DNA of 64,000 nucleotides from Alphaproteobacteria bacterium. Its GTDB lineage: Bacteria; Pseudomonadota; Alphaproteobacteria; MPNO01. This document shows, piece by piece, positions 38,842-49,046 of the stretch. Numbering within the stretch: the first letter of the stretch is position 1; each line of letters starts with the position of its first letter. Where the stretch lies: the NCBI GenBank assembly GCA_964291675.2, contig OZ219866.1:1920001-1984000 (forward strand). The letters run 5' to 3'. The translations under genes were made by a program, and so were the position numbers. A model generated the notes under the pieces. That model was given only the letters and a program-made list of their open reading frames with translations, did no database searches and was not told the DNA's origin.

Positions 38842-39867
38842 CTACTCCGCCGCCGGGCGCGCCGCCTCGGCGAAATGGGGCATCACCTCGGCGGCGAAGA
38901 GGTCGAGCGAGCGCGCCGATTCCTCGAATGTCAGGTCGCCATAGGCGAAGCGCGACACGAAATAGGTGCAGCCGCTCTCGGCCTGCTGCGCCGCGATCTC
39001 GCCGCGCAGGGTCTCGGGCGAGCCGACGGCGATCACCCCGGTCCGGCGCGCCTCGTCGAAGCTGTCGGGATAGCGCACCGGGTTGGCGCCGAAGGCGCGC
39101 CACAGCCTGGAGAAGCTCGCGAACCAGGACTCGAAGGCCGGCCGGCCGCGCCTCTCCGCCTCGGCGTCGGTCTCGGCGACATAGGTCTGGCGGGTGATTC
39201 CCATCAGCGGCGGCGGCGCCGCGCCGTGGGTCTCCGCCCAGGTCTCGCGGAACGCGTCGATCAGCGGCCGGGCGGCCCCGGCCGGGGCGTTGATGACGAT
39301 GTTCGCCTTCATCCGCGCCGACCACTCGGCCGATTCCCGCGTGCCGGGCCCGTACCACAGCGGCGGGTGCGGCTTCTGGTAGGGGCCGAGCTCCATCGGG
39401 AAGCCGGTATAGCGGAAGCGCCTGCCCGCATGGTCGAGGGTGCGGTTGGCCAGCGCGGCCAGGATCACCTCCAGCGATTCCTCGTAGATCTCGCGCACCT
39501 CGGGGTGGGAGATGCCGAAATGGCCGAGCTCGAGGAACGAGATGCCGCGGCCGATGCCGAGCTGGAACCGGCCCCGCCCGAGATGGTCGAGCATGCAGAT
39601 CTCTTCCGCCAGCCGGACCGGGTCGTAGAGCGGCAGGATGTAGACCAGCGGGCCGAACAGCATGGTCCGGGTGCGCTGGGCGACGGCGGCGAGGAAGATG
39701 CCGGGCGCGGGCGCCATGCCGAGCGGCGTCGCATGGTGCTCCGCCACGTGGTAGCAGTGCAGCCCCGCCGCCTCGTAGCGCTCCACCAACCGGAGGCGGT
39801 CGTCGTAGAGTTCCGACAGCGGGATCTCACGCCCCCGGTCGACGTGGTCGAAGATGCCGAACTTCAT
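38842..39867 (-). CDS. LLM-class flavin-dependent oxidoreductase
   Basis: AEHH, P.RLAEEI..LD, PYQKPHPPLW motifs. Confidence 0.93.
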   Translation of the reverse strand: MKFGIFDHVDRGREIPLSELYDDRLRLVERYEAAGLHCYHVAEHHATPLGMAPAPGIFLAAVAQRTRTMLFGPLVYILPLYDPVRLAEEICMLDHLGRGRFQLGIGRGISFLELGHFGISHPEVREIYEESLEVILAALANRTLDHAGRRFRYTGFPMELGPYQKPHPPLWYGPGTRESAEWSARMKANIVINAPAGAARPLIDAFRETWAETHGAAPPPLMGITRQTYVAETDAEAERRGRPAFESWFASFSRLWRAFGANPVRYPDSFDEARRTGVIAVGSPETLRGEIAAQQAESGCTYFVSRFAYGDLTFEESARSLDLFAAEVMPHFAEAARPAAE

Positions 39868-39973
39868 GGGCGCGCCCCGCCCCCCTGTCCCCGGGCGAAG
39901 CCCGACATCGCCCGATCAGCCGGCGCAGCGTGCCCCCGCCGCCCGCGCCTGGCAACCGGCAGCGCCGCAGCGG

Positions 39974-42900
39974 TCAGTCTTCCCCGCGCCCCTCGACGAA
40001 CATCACCAGCGCGGGCAGCACGAACAGGGTGAAGGCGCCGGCCGCGATCAGCCCGCCCAGCATGCTGACGACGAACGGCACGAGGAAGAGCAGCTCGTCG
40101 CTCCGCTCATACAGCAGGGGTGAGAGCCCGAGCACGGTGGTGAGCGTGGTGAGGAACACCGCGCGGAAGCGGTCGCGGGTCGCCGCCGAGGCGGCGGCGA
40201 TCGCCGGCAGGGCGGCGTTCTCCCGCCTTATCCTGTTGTACCGGTCGAGCAGCACCAGCGCGTCGTTGACGATGACGCCGGCCACCCCGACCATGCCGAA
40301 CAGCGATATGGCGGTCAGATCCCAGCCCAGCGCCCAATGGCCGAACACCGCGCCGGCGAAGGAGATCGGCACCCCGATCACCGCCACCAGCGGCTTCCAG
40401 TAGCTGCGCAGGAAGGCCGCCATCAGGCCGTACATCAGGATCAGCACGATCGGGACCAGCACCCCCATGGTCTGGAGCAGGGCCTGTTCGTCCCGGGCGC
40501 CGGCATCGCGCGCCACCGAGAGGCCGGGATACTTGGCGAGCAGGCCCGGAAGGAAGCCTTCCGCGACCGCCCGCCTCGCCTGGATCGCGGTGATCCGGCC
40601 GAAGTCGACATGCGCGTTCACCAGGGCCGCGCGCTTTCCGTCGATGCGGGTGAGCGTCGAGAGCGCGCGCTGCTCCACGACGCGGGCGACGGTGGACAGC
40701 GGGATCTCGTGGCCGCCCGGCAGCGCGATGCGCTCGCTGGCGAGCTCGCGCAGGCTGCGCCGCCGTTCGACCGGATAGCGGACCACGACCGCGATCTCGT
40801 CCCGGCCGCGCTGGATCCGCTGCACCGCCAGCCCGTGGAAATTGGCCCGTAGCTGCTTGCCGATCATCGCCGGCGTCAGCCCCGCCGCCTCCCCCGCCGG
40901 GGTCAGGCGAATCTCGAAATGGCGCTTGCCTGGCGCCAGGCTGTCCGATTGCGCGTAGAGGCCCGGAACCGCGCGCAGATGGGAGCCGAGCTCCCGCGCG
41001 GCGCGCCGCAGGGTTTCGGGGTCGTCATGGAGCAGCGCGTAGGCGACGCCCGGCCTGAAGCGGATTCGCGTGGTCTGAATGGAGAGCTTCTCGAGCTGCG
41101 ATACGTCGCCGACGTTCTCGCGCCACAGGCGTCCGATGACTTCGGGAGATGCCTGGCGAAGCGGCCGCTTGTGGAGGTGAATTCGCACCGATGCGAGATG
41201 GCTCCGGTTGGCGTCGTCCTGGCCGGTGCGCGACCCCGCGGCCCCGCCCAGATTGCCGACGATCAGGCTTACCGATTCGATGGATTCCCCACCGAGCTGC
41301 TCGTTGATCGCGCGCGCCGCCCGCACGAAGCGCTGTCCGACGGCGACGCTCGACTCGAACGGCGCGCCGACCGGCAGTTCGAGATCGGCCTGGATGGTGT
41401 TGCCGAAATTGGCGGTGCTGTCGAGCACGATGACCCGGACGATTTCCGCCCGCAGCAGCCAGAGGGCGGCAAGCACGAACACGACGCCGAAGAGGAATGT
41501 CAGATAGATGTGGCGTACCGACCACGACACCACCGGCACGACGATGGCGTCGCGCAAGTCTTCGATCCAGCCGCGCACCCGGTCCTGGATGTCGCGCAGG
41601 GGCGAGAGGCTCCAGCGCCCCTCATAGGACAGATGCGACGGCAGAACGCAGAACGCCTCGACGAGGGAGACCAGGAGGACGAAGAACGCGACATAGGGAA
41701 ACACCTGCACGATCTGGTAGGCGCCGGTCGTCACGAACAGCAGCGGCACGAAGGCCAGCACCGTCGTCAGCACGCCCACCGTGATCGGCCCGACCACGGC
41801 TCTCGCCCCTGAAACCGCCGCATCCAGCGCGCTCTTCCCCCTTTCCCTCTCCGTGGCGATGCTCTCGCCGACCACCACGGCGTCGTCGACGACGATCCCG
41901 ATCAGCAGGAAGAAGGCGAACAGCGTCCCCATGTTCAGGGTCAGGTCGGAGATGCCGAAGAACATCAGCGAGCCGATGAAGGAGATCGGAATCCCGAGCG
42001 CAATCCAGAACGCCACACGAAGGTCGAACACCAGCACCAGGCAGACGAAGACCAGGATGGTGCCGATCACGGCGTTTTGCAGGATCCCGCCGAACCGGTC
42101 GAGAATCCCCTCCACCCTGTCGCTCCAGACTTCGACCTCGACGCCCGCCGGCGGCGTGTATGTCGCCAGCCAGTCCCTGATGGCGTTGGAGATCCCGAAG
42201 ACCGAGTGTTCCTCGCCGGCTTCGACCCGGACGAAAACCGCCGGCTTGCCGTCGACCTCGGACAGGATGTCCTCGTCGACGAACCCGTCGCGGATGCGCG
42301 CCACGTCGCCGAGCTTGACCACCGACCCGTCGGGCCGGGCGATCAGCGGGATGTTCTTGAATTCCTCGCCGCGCGTCCGCTTGCCCACGACGTGAAGCAC
42401 CACCCCGCCGGCGCCGGTGCGCAGCTCGCCGAAAGTGAGGTTGACCGAGGATCGCCGCACCTCGCGCGCCACCTGCGCGATGGAGAGCCCGTTGCGGCGC
42501 AGCTCCTCCTCGTTCATCTCGATCGAGATTTCGCGGTCGCGCGTGCCCCTGAGGCGGACCAGCGACACCGAGGGCAGCGCCAGGAGATCGTCGCGCAGGG
42601 ACTCCGCCGCCATCCGCAAGCCGTCCTCCGACAGCGTCGAGGAGGCGACCGAGATCGTCAGCACCTCGATGGTCAGCTTCTTGAGCCCGATCTTCGGAGG
42701 CTTGGCGCTGAGCGGCGGAAAACCCTCGATGCTGTCGATCGTGTTCTTGACGTCGGCCAGAACCGCGTCGGCGTCGGCGAAGGTCTCGAGCTCCAGCTCG
42801 ATGCGGGCCAGGCCTTCCGAGGCGACGCTCACCACCCGGTCGACGCCCTCCAGCCCGACGACGCTTTCCTCGATCCGGCGATTGATGTCTTCCTCGATCT

Positions 42901-43078
42901 CCCGCGGCGACGAGCCGGGCGAAGCCAGGGTGACGACGATCGTGCGGAAATCCAGGTCCGGAACCTGCCGGACATGGATGTTGAGCCCCGCCAGCACGCC
43001 GCCCAGGATCAGGAAGAGCATCAGCAGCTTGGCGGCGACGGGATTGCCGACGAAATATGCGATCAGTCCGTTCTTCAC
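39974..43078 (-). CDS. RND efflux permease
   Basis: 1034 aa; GIVVDDAVVVGE and R.R.V.LT.LTT motifs. Confidence 0.95.
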   Translation of the reverse strand: MKNGLIAYFVGNPVAAKLLMLFLILGGVLAGLNIHVRQVPDLDFRTIVVTLASPGSSPREIEEDINRRIEESVVGLEGVDRVVSVASEGLARIELELETFADADAVLADVKNTIDSIEGFPPLSAKPPKIGLKKLTIEVLTISVASSTLSEDGLRMAAESLRDDLLALPSVSLVRLRGTRDREISIEMNEEELRRNGLSIAQVAREVRRSSVNLTFGELRTGAGGVVLHVVGKRTRGEEFKNIPLIARPDGSVVKLGDVARIRDGFVDEDILSEVDGKPAVFVRVEAGEEHSVFGISNAIRDWLATYTPPAGVEVEVWSDRVEGILDRFGGILQNAVIGTILVFVCLVLVFDLRVAFWIALGIPISFIGSLMFFGISDLTLNMGTLFAFFLLIGIVVDDAVVVGESIATERERGKSALDAAVSGARAVVGPITVGVLTTVLAFVPLLFVTTGAYQIVQVFPYVAFFVLLVSLVEAFCVLPSHLSYEGRWSLSPLRDIQDRVRGWIEDLRDAIVVPVVSWSVRHIYLTFLFGVVFVLAALWLLRAEIVRVIVLDSTANFGNTIQADLELPVGAPFESSVAVGQRFVRAARAINEQLGGESIESVSLIVGNLGGAAGSRTGQDDANRSHLASVRIHLHKRPLRQASPEVIGRLWRENVGDVSQLEKLSIQTTRIRFRPGVAYALLHDDPETLRRAARELGSHLRAVPGLYAQSDSLAPGKRHFEIRLTPAGEAAGLTPAMIGKQLRANFHGLAVQRIQRGRDEIAVVVRYPVERRRSLRELASERIALPGGHEIPLSTVARVVEQRALSTLTRIDGKRAALVNAHVDFGRITAIQARRAVAEGFLPGLLAKYPGLSVARDAGARDEQALLQTMGVLVPIVLILMYGLMAAFLRSYWKPLVAVIGVPISFAGAVFGHWALGWDLTAISLFGMVGVAGVIVNDALVLLDRYNRIRRENAALPAIAAASAATRDRFRAVFLTTLTTVLGLSPLLYERSDELLFLVPFVVSMLGGLIAAGAFTLFVLPALVMFVEGRGED

Positions 43079-43135
43079 GACAGCCCCCGGCTATGGCGTG
43101 TGCTGGTTGTCCGCGGTCTCGATCCGGGGACCGGC

Positions 43136-44245
43136 CTATTGCTTCGGCGACGCTTGCGCGATGTCCACCTCGACCCCTTCGGCGGCGTCCGGCAGGCTGC
43201 CCACCACCACCCCGTCGCCCGCGTCGAACGCCTCGACGATCCAGCCCGCGGCGCTGCGCCCGAGAGTGCCGGGCTTCAGCGAGTCCAGGGCGCCGTCCCT
43301 GACCAGCCAGAGCCTGTCGCCTTCCCGGGCCGCGGATTCGGGGAGCACGTAGACATTGCCGCGCTCGGGCCCGGTCACCTCGACCCGCGCGAAGCTGCCC
43401 GGGAGGGGGAGGGTCTCAGGCGGCGTATCGTCCGCGAATTCGAGGAACAGCGTCGCCAGCCGCGTGCGCGGGGCGATCACCGCCGACACCCGGGCGACGC
43501 TGGCCCGGTAGCTGCCCATGGCGGTCCTCACCAGGGCGGAGCGGCCGATGGCGGGGGCGATCGCGGCGAGGTCGCCCTGCCCGATGGGCACGCGGACCTG
43601 CAACGCGCCCGTCCGGTAGACCACCCCCAGCCGGGATTCGCGTCCCACGTCGTCGGCCGGCCCCACCAGATCGCCGATTTCGAGATCCGAAGACACCACC
43701 CGGCTCGCAAAGGGCAGCGAGATCTCGGTCCGCGCCAGCCGCAGCTCCGCCAGCGCCAGCGCGGCCCGCGCCCCGCCCAGCCGGGCTTCAGCGAGCACGC
43801 CCTCCGCGGTGTCCGGTTTTTCGATCCGCAGGGCCGCCTCCGCTTCCGCGACGGCCATGTCCGCCGCCTTGACCTCGAGCTGGTATTCGGTCGGATCGAT
43901 CCTGACGAAGACCTCGTTCGCCGGGATCGAGCCGCCGTTGCTGAATTTGGGCGACACCCAGACCACCCGGCCGACCACCTCGGCGACCACCCTGGTCTTT
44001 CTCTCCAGGGTGACCGTTCCGGTCAGCGCCAGGGTGAGGGTGTGCGCGGTCGCCGCCGGCTTGACCACGCTCACCACCGGCTTGGCCTGGGCGGGACCGG
44101 CGATCGTGCCGCGGTCCACGCGGCTCGGGGCGCGGGCGAAGTAGAGCGCGACGACGATGGCGAGCACGATCAGCGCCAGCTGGGCGAAGCCGAACCATCG
44201 CGGCCTTTCGGAAGGGCTGGCGGGGCTCGTTGAATCCTGTGGCAT
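43136..44245 (-). CDS. RND membrane-fusion protein
   Basis: N-terminal TM, lipoyl-type and hairpin segments, RTEISLPF. Confidence 0.9.
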   Translation of the reverse strand: MPQDSTSPASPSERPRWFGFAQLALIVLAIVVALYFARAPSRVDRGTIAGPAQAKPVVSVVKPAATAHTLTLALTGTVTLERKTRVVAEVVGRVVWVSPKFSNGGSIPANEVFVRIDPTEYQLEVKAADMAVAEAEAALRIEKPDTAEGVLAEARLGGARAALALAELRLARTEISLPFASRVVSSDLEIGDLVGPADDVGRESRLGVVYRTGALQVRVPIGQGDLAAIAPAIGRSALVRTAMGSYRASVARVSAVIAPRTRLATLFLEFADDTPPETLPLPGSFARVEVTGPERGNVYVLPESAAREGDRLWLVRDGALDSLKPGTLGRSAAGWIVEAFDAGDGVVVGSLPDAAEGVEVDIAQASPKQ

Positions 44246-44456
44246 CAGCTTTCCCGTCTTTGTGTTGCTGCGGCGGGACGCACGACCGGCTCGCCACGCG
44301 GCGACGGCAGAACCGGACCCCTAGACTGCCTCAAATACAACGAAATTCATACGTCTCTATTGTCTCCATGGGTCGAATATTACTGACGCAAAGAACCATG
44401 CACTGTATTCGACGGCGAATCCCACGCAGCACTTGTGGAGTCCGGTTCGACCGCCG

Positions 44457-47400
44457 TCATCCGGCCGCTTGGGCCGGGCCCGGCGCGCGCCGCCGGAAGA
44501 TGCGGCGGATGTCCTCGTCGATGGCCAGAAGCGCCGGGGTGAGGACCAGCACGATCAGGGTCGCGACCGCGAGCCCGAACACGATGGTGATCGCCATCGG
44601 GATCAGGAACTGGGCCTGGAGGCTGGTCTCGAACAGGAGCGGAACCAGACCGCCGATGGTGGTCAGCGAGGTCAGCAGCACCGGGCGCAGGCGTTCCCGG
44701 CATCCCAGGACGATGGCCTCGTGCAGCGGCGTCTCGTCGTCGATATGCAGGTCGACGGTGCGGACCAGGATGATGGAGTTGTTGACCAGGATCCCGGACA
44801 GGCCGAGCAGCCCGATCATGCTGAGTATCGTCACGTCGAAGCCGAGCGCCAGGTGGCCCAGCACGGTGCCGACGAAGCCGAACGGGATGATCGCCATGAC
44901 GATCAGCGGCCGGGTGAAATTGGCGAACACCCAGGCGAGCACGATGTAAATGGCGATCAGCCCGGTGATCGCGCCGGCGCCCATGTCGCGGGCCGACTCG
45001 GCCTGTTCCTCGGCCTTGCCCTTGAACCGGTAGCTGAGGCCGTAGCGCTGCGCGATGTCGGCGAGCCCGCCCTCGGCGATCGCCGGCAGCAGGGCGCCGA
45101 GGCTGGTGACCGTCTCGTCGATCTCCCCGGTGATCGCCACCTCGCGGGCACCGTCCTCGCGGCGGAGGCGCGAGAAGCCGCGCTCCTGGCTGAGCGTCAC
45201 GACCTCGCTCAGGGGGACCTCGGCGCCGTCCGGCGCGCGCAGGAACAGGTCGAGGAACGCCGCGCTGTCGGCGCTCGCGCGCGGGTAGCGGACCTTGATC
45301 GTCACCTCCTCGTCGCCGCGCGCGAAGCGCTGGGCGATCGCGCCCTGGAACGCGTTTCTTACTTGCAGCCCGGCGCTCTGGGTGGTGAAGCCGAGCGCCT
45401 GGCCGCGCGGCGTGACCTCCAGGATCAGCTCCTGCTTGCCGTAGGGAAGGTCGTCGTCGATCGTGCTGACGCCCGGGAAGCGACTGAGCAGGCGCTTGAC
45501 CTCGGTCGCCGCCGCCTTGAGGTCGTCGGCGGAGCCGCCGCGCAGGCGGATGTCGATTTCCCGCCCCGGCGGGCCGCCCGCGCGCGCGTTGAGGTTGACC
45601 TGTTCCACGTTCGGCAGCCGGCGGATCTCGCTGCGCCATGCCTCGATGAAGTCCTCCGTGCGCAGCTTGCGCTCGTCCGACGGGACCAGCTCCACGGTCA
45701 GCCCGCCATATTGATCGCCGACGATGCGCGAGAACTGCCGGCCGCCGCTGCGCCCGACGCTGCCGAAGCTCATGGCCACCAGGTCTTCGGTGTCGGCCCC
45801 GAACCGGGCCACCGCCCGGTCCACGGCGTCCGACAGCTCCTGGACCATCGCACCGGTGTCGCGGCGCGGCGTGCCGGGCGCCATCACCACGTTGCCGACC
45901 ACCACGTCCGCCTCCGGCGAGGGGAAGAAGTGGAACCCCACCCGGCCGCCAAGCATCAGCCCGGCGGACACCAGGAAGACCGCGATCGCCATCGCCGCCG
46001 TGGCGTAGCGCCAGCGCACGCAGAGCCGGATGATCCGCTGGAACGGGCCGGCGCGGAACCAGTCGAAGCCGGCGTCGAAGCGCCGCATCGCGAAGTTGCG
46101 CCTTCCCCCGTGCTTCTTGAGCGACTCCCGCAGATGGCCGGGCAGCACCAGGAAGCACTCGACCAGGCTGGCGAGTATGACCGCGACCACGACCAGCGGG
46201 ATGGCGCCCACGATCTGGCCGATGATGCCGCCCATGGCGACCAGCGGCAGGAACGCGGCGATCGTGGTCAGCGAGGCGGCCATCACCGGCGCCAGCATGC
46301 GCAGCGCGCCCGCCTCCGCCGCCTGACGCGGGCCGAGCCCGGCCTCGCGCCGCGCCGCCGCGTGCTCGCCGACGACGATGGTGTCGTCGACGATGAGCCC
46401 GAGCGTCATGATCAGCGCGAACAGGGTGACCATGTTGATGCTCTCGCCGAGCGCCAGCATGGTCGCCAGCGCCGCCATGAACGCGGTCGGGATGCCGGCC
46501 GCCACCCAGAACGCGGTGCGGCCGTTGAGAAACACCAGCAGCACCGCGAGCACGAGGACCAACCCCGAGGCGCCGTTGTTCAGCAGAACCTGGACCCGCT
46601 GCTCGATCAGCCCCGCCTGCTCGTCGTAGCGCTCGATCTTGAGCTGCGGCGGATAGTTGCCGCGCGCCTCGACGAGGAAGCGGTCGACGATCCCGCCGAC
46701 CTTGAGGGCGTCGGCGGTCGGCGAGCGCTGCACGTGCAGCTCGATCGCCGGCCGGCCGTCGCGCAGCCCGATGGGCGCCTTGTCGTCGAACGCCTCGGAG
46801 ACGTTCGCGATGTCGCGCAGATAGATCTTCTGCCCGTCGCCGAGCGACCGGATCTCGATGCTGCCGATATCGCCCGATGTGGTGTGCAGCCCGACGCTGC
46901 GAAGCTGCTTCTCCACCGAACCTTCCAGGCTGCCCGACGGTATGTCCCGGTTGGTGGCTTCGATGCGGGCGGCCACCGCCGCCGGCGTCAGGTCGAGCTG
47001 GCGCAGCACCCGCGGCTCGATCTCGACGCGGATCTCCTCGTCGCGCGCGCCGAAGAACGTCACCCGGTCGATGCCGGCGGCCAGCAGCTGGTCGCGCATC
47101 CGCTTGGCCTGGCGTTTCAGGACGGCCTCGGAATACGGACCCGACAGGACGAGGCGGACGATCGTGTCGTAACGGATGATGCGGCGGACCACCGGCCGCT
47201 CGCTGTCCTCCGGCAGGATGGTTATCTGCTGCAGCGCCGCCTCCGCCTCCGACACCGCCGACTGCATGTCGGTGCCGGCCTGGTACTCGACGACCACCCG
47301 CCCCACGCCCTCCGTCGCATAGGAGGTCACCTTCTCGACATGGTCCAGGAACCGGATCTCGGGCTCGATCGCCGCGACGATATTGGCTTCCACGTCGCCG

Positions 47401-47576
47401 GTGCTCGCGCCCGGCCAGACCACCCGGATCGAGACGATGTCGAGGCCGAAATCGGGAAAGAACTGGGTGTTCAGCTTGGACAGCGAGTAGATGCCGGCGA
47501 CGAAGATCAGGGCCATCAACAGATTGGCGGCGTTGCGGTGCCGCACGAACAGCCGGATCAGGTTCTTTCCGAACAT
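44457..47576 (-). CDS. RND efflux permease
   Basis: 1039 aa; GLIVDDTIVVGE and RLRPVLLTSLTT motifs. Confidence 0.95.
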   Translation of the reverse strand: MFGKNLIRLFVRHRNAANLLMALIFVAGIYSLSKLNTQFFPDFGLDIVSIRVVWPGASTGDVEANIVAAIEPEIRFLDHVEKVTSYATEGVGRVVVEYQAGTDMQSAVSEAEAALQQITILPEDSERPVVRRIIRYDTIVRLVLSGPYSEAVLKRQAKRMRDQLLAAGIDRVTFFGARDEEIRVEIEPRVLRQLDLTPAAVAARIEATNRDIPSGSLEGSVEKQLRSVGLHTTSGDIGSIEIRSLGDGQKIYLRDIANVSEAFDDKAPIGLRDGRPAIELHVQRSPTADALKVGGIVDRFLVEARGNYPPQLKIERYDEQAGLIEQRVQVLLNNGASGLVLVLAVLLVFLNGRTAFWVAAGIPTAFMAALATMLALGESINMVTLFALIMTLGLIVDDTIVVGEHAAARREAGLGPRQAAEAGALRMLAPVMAASLTTIAAFLPLVAMGGIIGQIVGAIPLVVVAVILASLVECFLVLPGHLRESLKKHGGRRNFAMRRFDAGFDWFRAGPFQRIIRLCVRWRYATAAMAIAVFLVSAGLMLGGRVGFHFFPSPEADVVVGNVVMAPGTPRRDTGAMVQELSDAVDRAVARFGADTEDLVAMSFGSVGRSGGRQFSRIVGDQYGGLTVELVPSDERKLRTEDFIEAWRSEIRRLPNVEQVNLNARAGGPPGREIDIRLRGGSADDLKAAATEVKRLLSRFPGVSTIDDDLPYGKQELILEVTPRGQALGFTTQSAGLQVRNAFQGAIAQRFARGDEEVTIKVRYPRASADSAAFLDLFLRAPDGAEVPLSEVVTLSQERGFSRLRREDGAREVAITGEIDETVTSLGALLPAIAEGGLADIAQRYGLSYRFKGKAEEQAESARDMGAGAITGLIAIYIVLAWVFANFTRPLIVMAIIPFGFVGTVLGHLALGFDVTILSMIGLLGLSGILVNNSIILVRTVDLHIDDETPLHEAIVLGCRERLRPVLLTSLTTIGGLVPLLFETSLQAQFLIPMAITIVFGLAVATLIVLVLTPALLAIDEDIRRIFRRRAPGPAQAAG

Positions 47577-47597
47577 CGGTCCCGCGCGCCCTTGCGC

Positions 47598-48839
47598 CTA
47601 GCGGAGCTCGACCCTGAGGCCGGGCGCGATCGCCACCGACTGGGTGGTCACCAGGCGGTCGCCTTCCGACAGCTCGCCGCGCAGCAGGACGTCGTTGCCG
47701 ACCCGGGCGACGATCTCCGCCCGGCGCTGCACCAGCCGGCCGTCCTCGATGCCGTAGACGACATTCCCCGGGTGGAGGACGGTCTCCGGAACCCGCGCGA
47801 CGCCGGCATAGGTCCGGTCGGGAATGCGAACCTCGACGAAGGCGCCCGGGCGCAGCGACGAGGCCGCCTCGCGGTCCTCGATCCCGGCGAACAGCTCCAC
47901 GCCGCCGCTCGCCGTGTCGATCTGCGCGCCGACCCGCGCGACCGCCGCCTCCAGGACGAGCTCGCGCTGTCCGACCCGCCAGATCACCCGCGCGGTCCGG
48001 CCGATCACGCCCCGGCCGGTGCCGGTAAGGCGTCCGTATTGCGCGTCCGAGATGTGGAAGCGCGCCTCCAGGCTGCCCGTGTCGATCAGCTGGCCCACGC
48101 TGTCGAGCACGCCGAGACGCTGGCCCACCTGCGCGGTGACGCTCTGGAACACCCCGTCGAACGGCGCGCGCAGGCGGGTGCGCCCGAGGTCGTAGCGCGC
48201 CCGCTGCACCGCCACGTCGAGGCGCTCGATGCCCGCCTTCTCCTGCGCCAGCCGCGCCGACTCGGCGTCGATCCCGTTCTGGCGCAGCGCGATCGCGCGT
48301 TGCTGGCGGCTCAGCTCCAGCCGCTTCTTGTCCAGCGCCTGGATGGAAATATTGCCCCTGGCGCTGAGCTGTTTGGCGCGCTTCAGGTCGCGCTCCAGCA
48401 CGGCGAGGATCTCCCGGTCGCTCTTGAGCGCCTTGGTCTCGGCGCTCCGTCTCGCCTCGCGCTCGACGATGCGCGCCCTCGACTCCGCCAGCCGGGCCTC
48501 GCTCTCCTTGAGCGCGGAGCGGTATTCGAACTCGTCGATGGCGAGGATCACCTCGCCGTGGCGGACCAGCCCGCCCTCCACCAGGTTGGGATGCAGCTCG
48601 ACCACCTGACCGGTCACCAGGGCGCGCAGCTGGATCTGGCGGGCCGCGAAGATCTTCCCGAAGAGCTGGATTTCCGGCTGCACGTCGGTCAGGCGCACCG
48701 GCACCGAGTCGACCGTCCACACCCGTTCCACGGGCGGCGAGGGAGCGACCTGCGGCCTGGTCCTGATCAGGTAGGACGCCGCGACCACGCCCGCGGCCAG
48801 CAGCGCGATCGGCACCACGACCAGAAACAGCTTTCTCAT
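47598..48839 (-). CDS. RND membrane-fusion protein
   Basis: N-terminal TM, long coiled coil, LRAPFDG. Confidence 0.92.
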   Translation of the reverse strand: MRKLFLVVVPIALLAAGVVAASYLIRTRPQVAPSPPVERVWTVDSVPVRLTDVQPEIQLFGKIFAARQIQLRALVTGQVVELHPNLVEGGLVRHGEVILAIDEFEYRSALKESEARLAESRARIVEREARRSAETKALKSDREILAVLERDLKRAKQLSARGNISIQALDKKRLELSRQQRAIALRQNGIDAESARLAQEKAGIERLDVAVQRARYDLGRTRLRAPFDGVFQSVTAQVGQRLGVLDSVGQLIDTGSLEARFHISDAQYGRLTGTGRGVIGRTARVIWRVGQRELVLEAAVARVGAQIDTASGGVELFAGIEDREAASSLRPGAFVEVRIPDRTYAGVARVPETVLHPGNVVYGIEDGRLVQRRAEIVARVGNDVLLRGELSEGDRLVTTQSVAIAPGLRVELR

Positions 48840-48910
48840 GGATCGCCCTTAGCGTCCGGACGCCAAAACCCTAGAGCATGTGCGCTTTGGATGGAACCGA
48901 TGCGGCGCTG

Positions 48911-49020
48911 CGTCCCTCGATACGGCGCTTCGCGCCTACTCGGGATGAGGAGAATATTCTTGAGGCCTACCAACCTCTCCTCATCCTGAGTAGCCCCCGA
49001 AGGGGGCGTATCGAAGGACG
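48911..49020. repeat. 110-bp palindromic REP doublet
   Basis: CGTCCCTCGATACG...CTACTCGGGATGAG / CTCATCCTGAGTAG...CGTATCGAAGGACG. Confidence 0.9.
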
Positions 49021-49046
49021 GCCTCGGCCCCGCTCCCAACCGCCGG

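Noticed and set aside
44380-48989. Very long alternative-frame ORFs (1446 and 1518 aa) and similar shadows elsewhere
   Set aside because: Frame or antisense shadows of real GC-rich genes, with Arg/Gly/Pro-biased composition.
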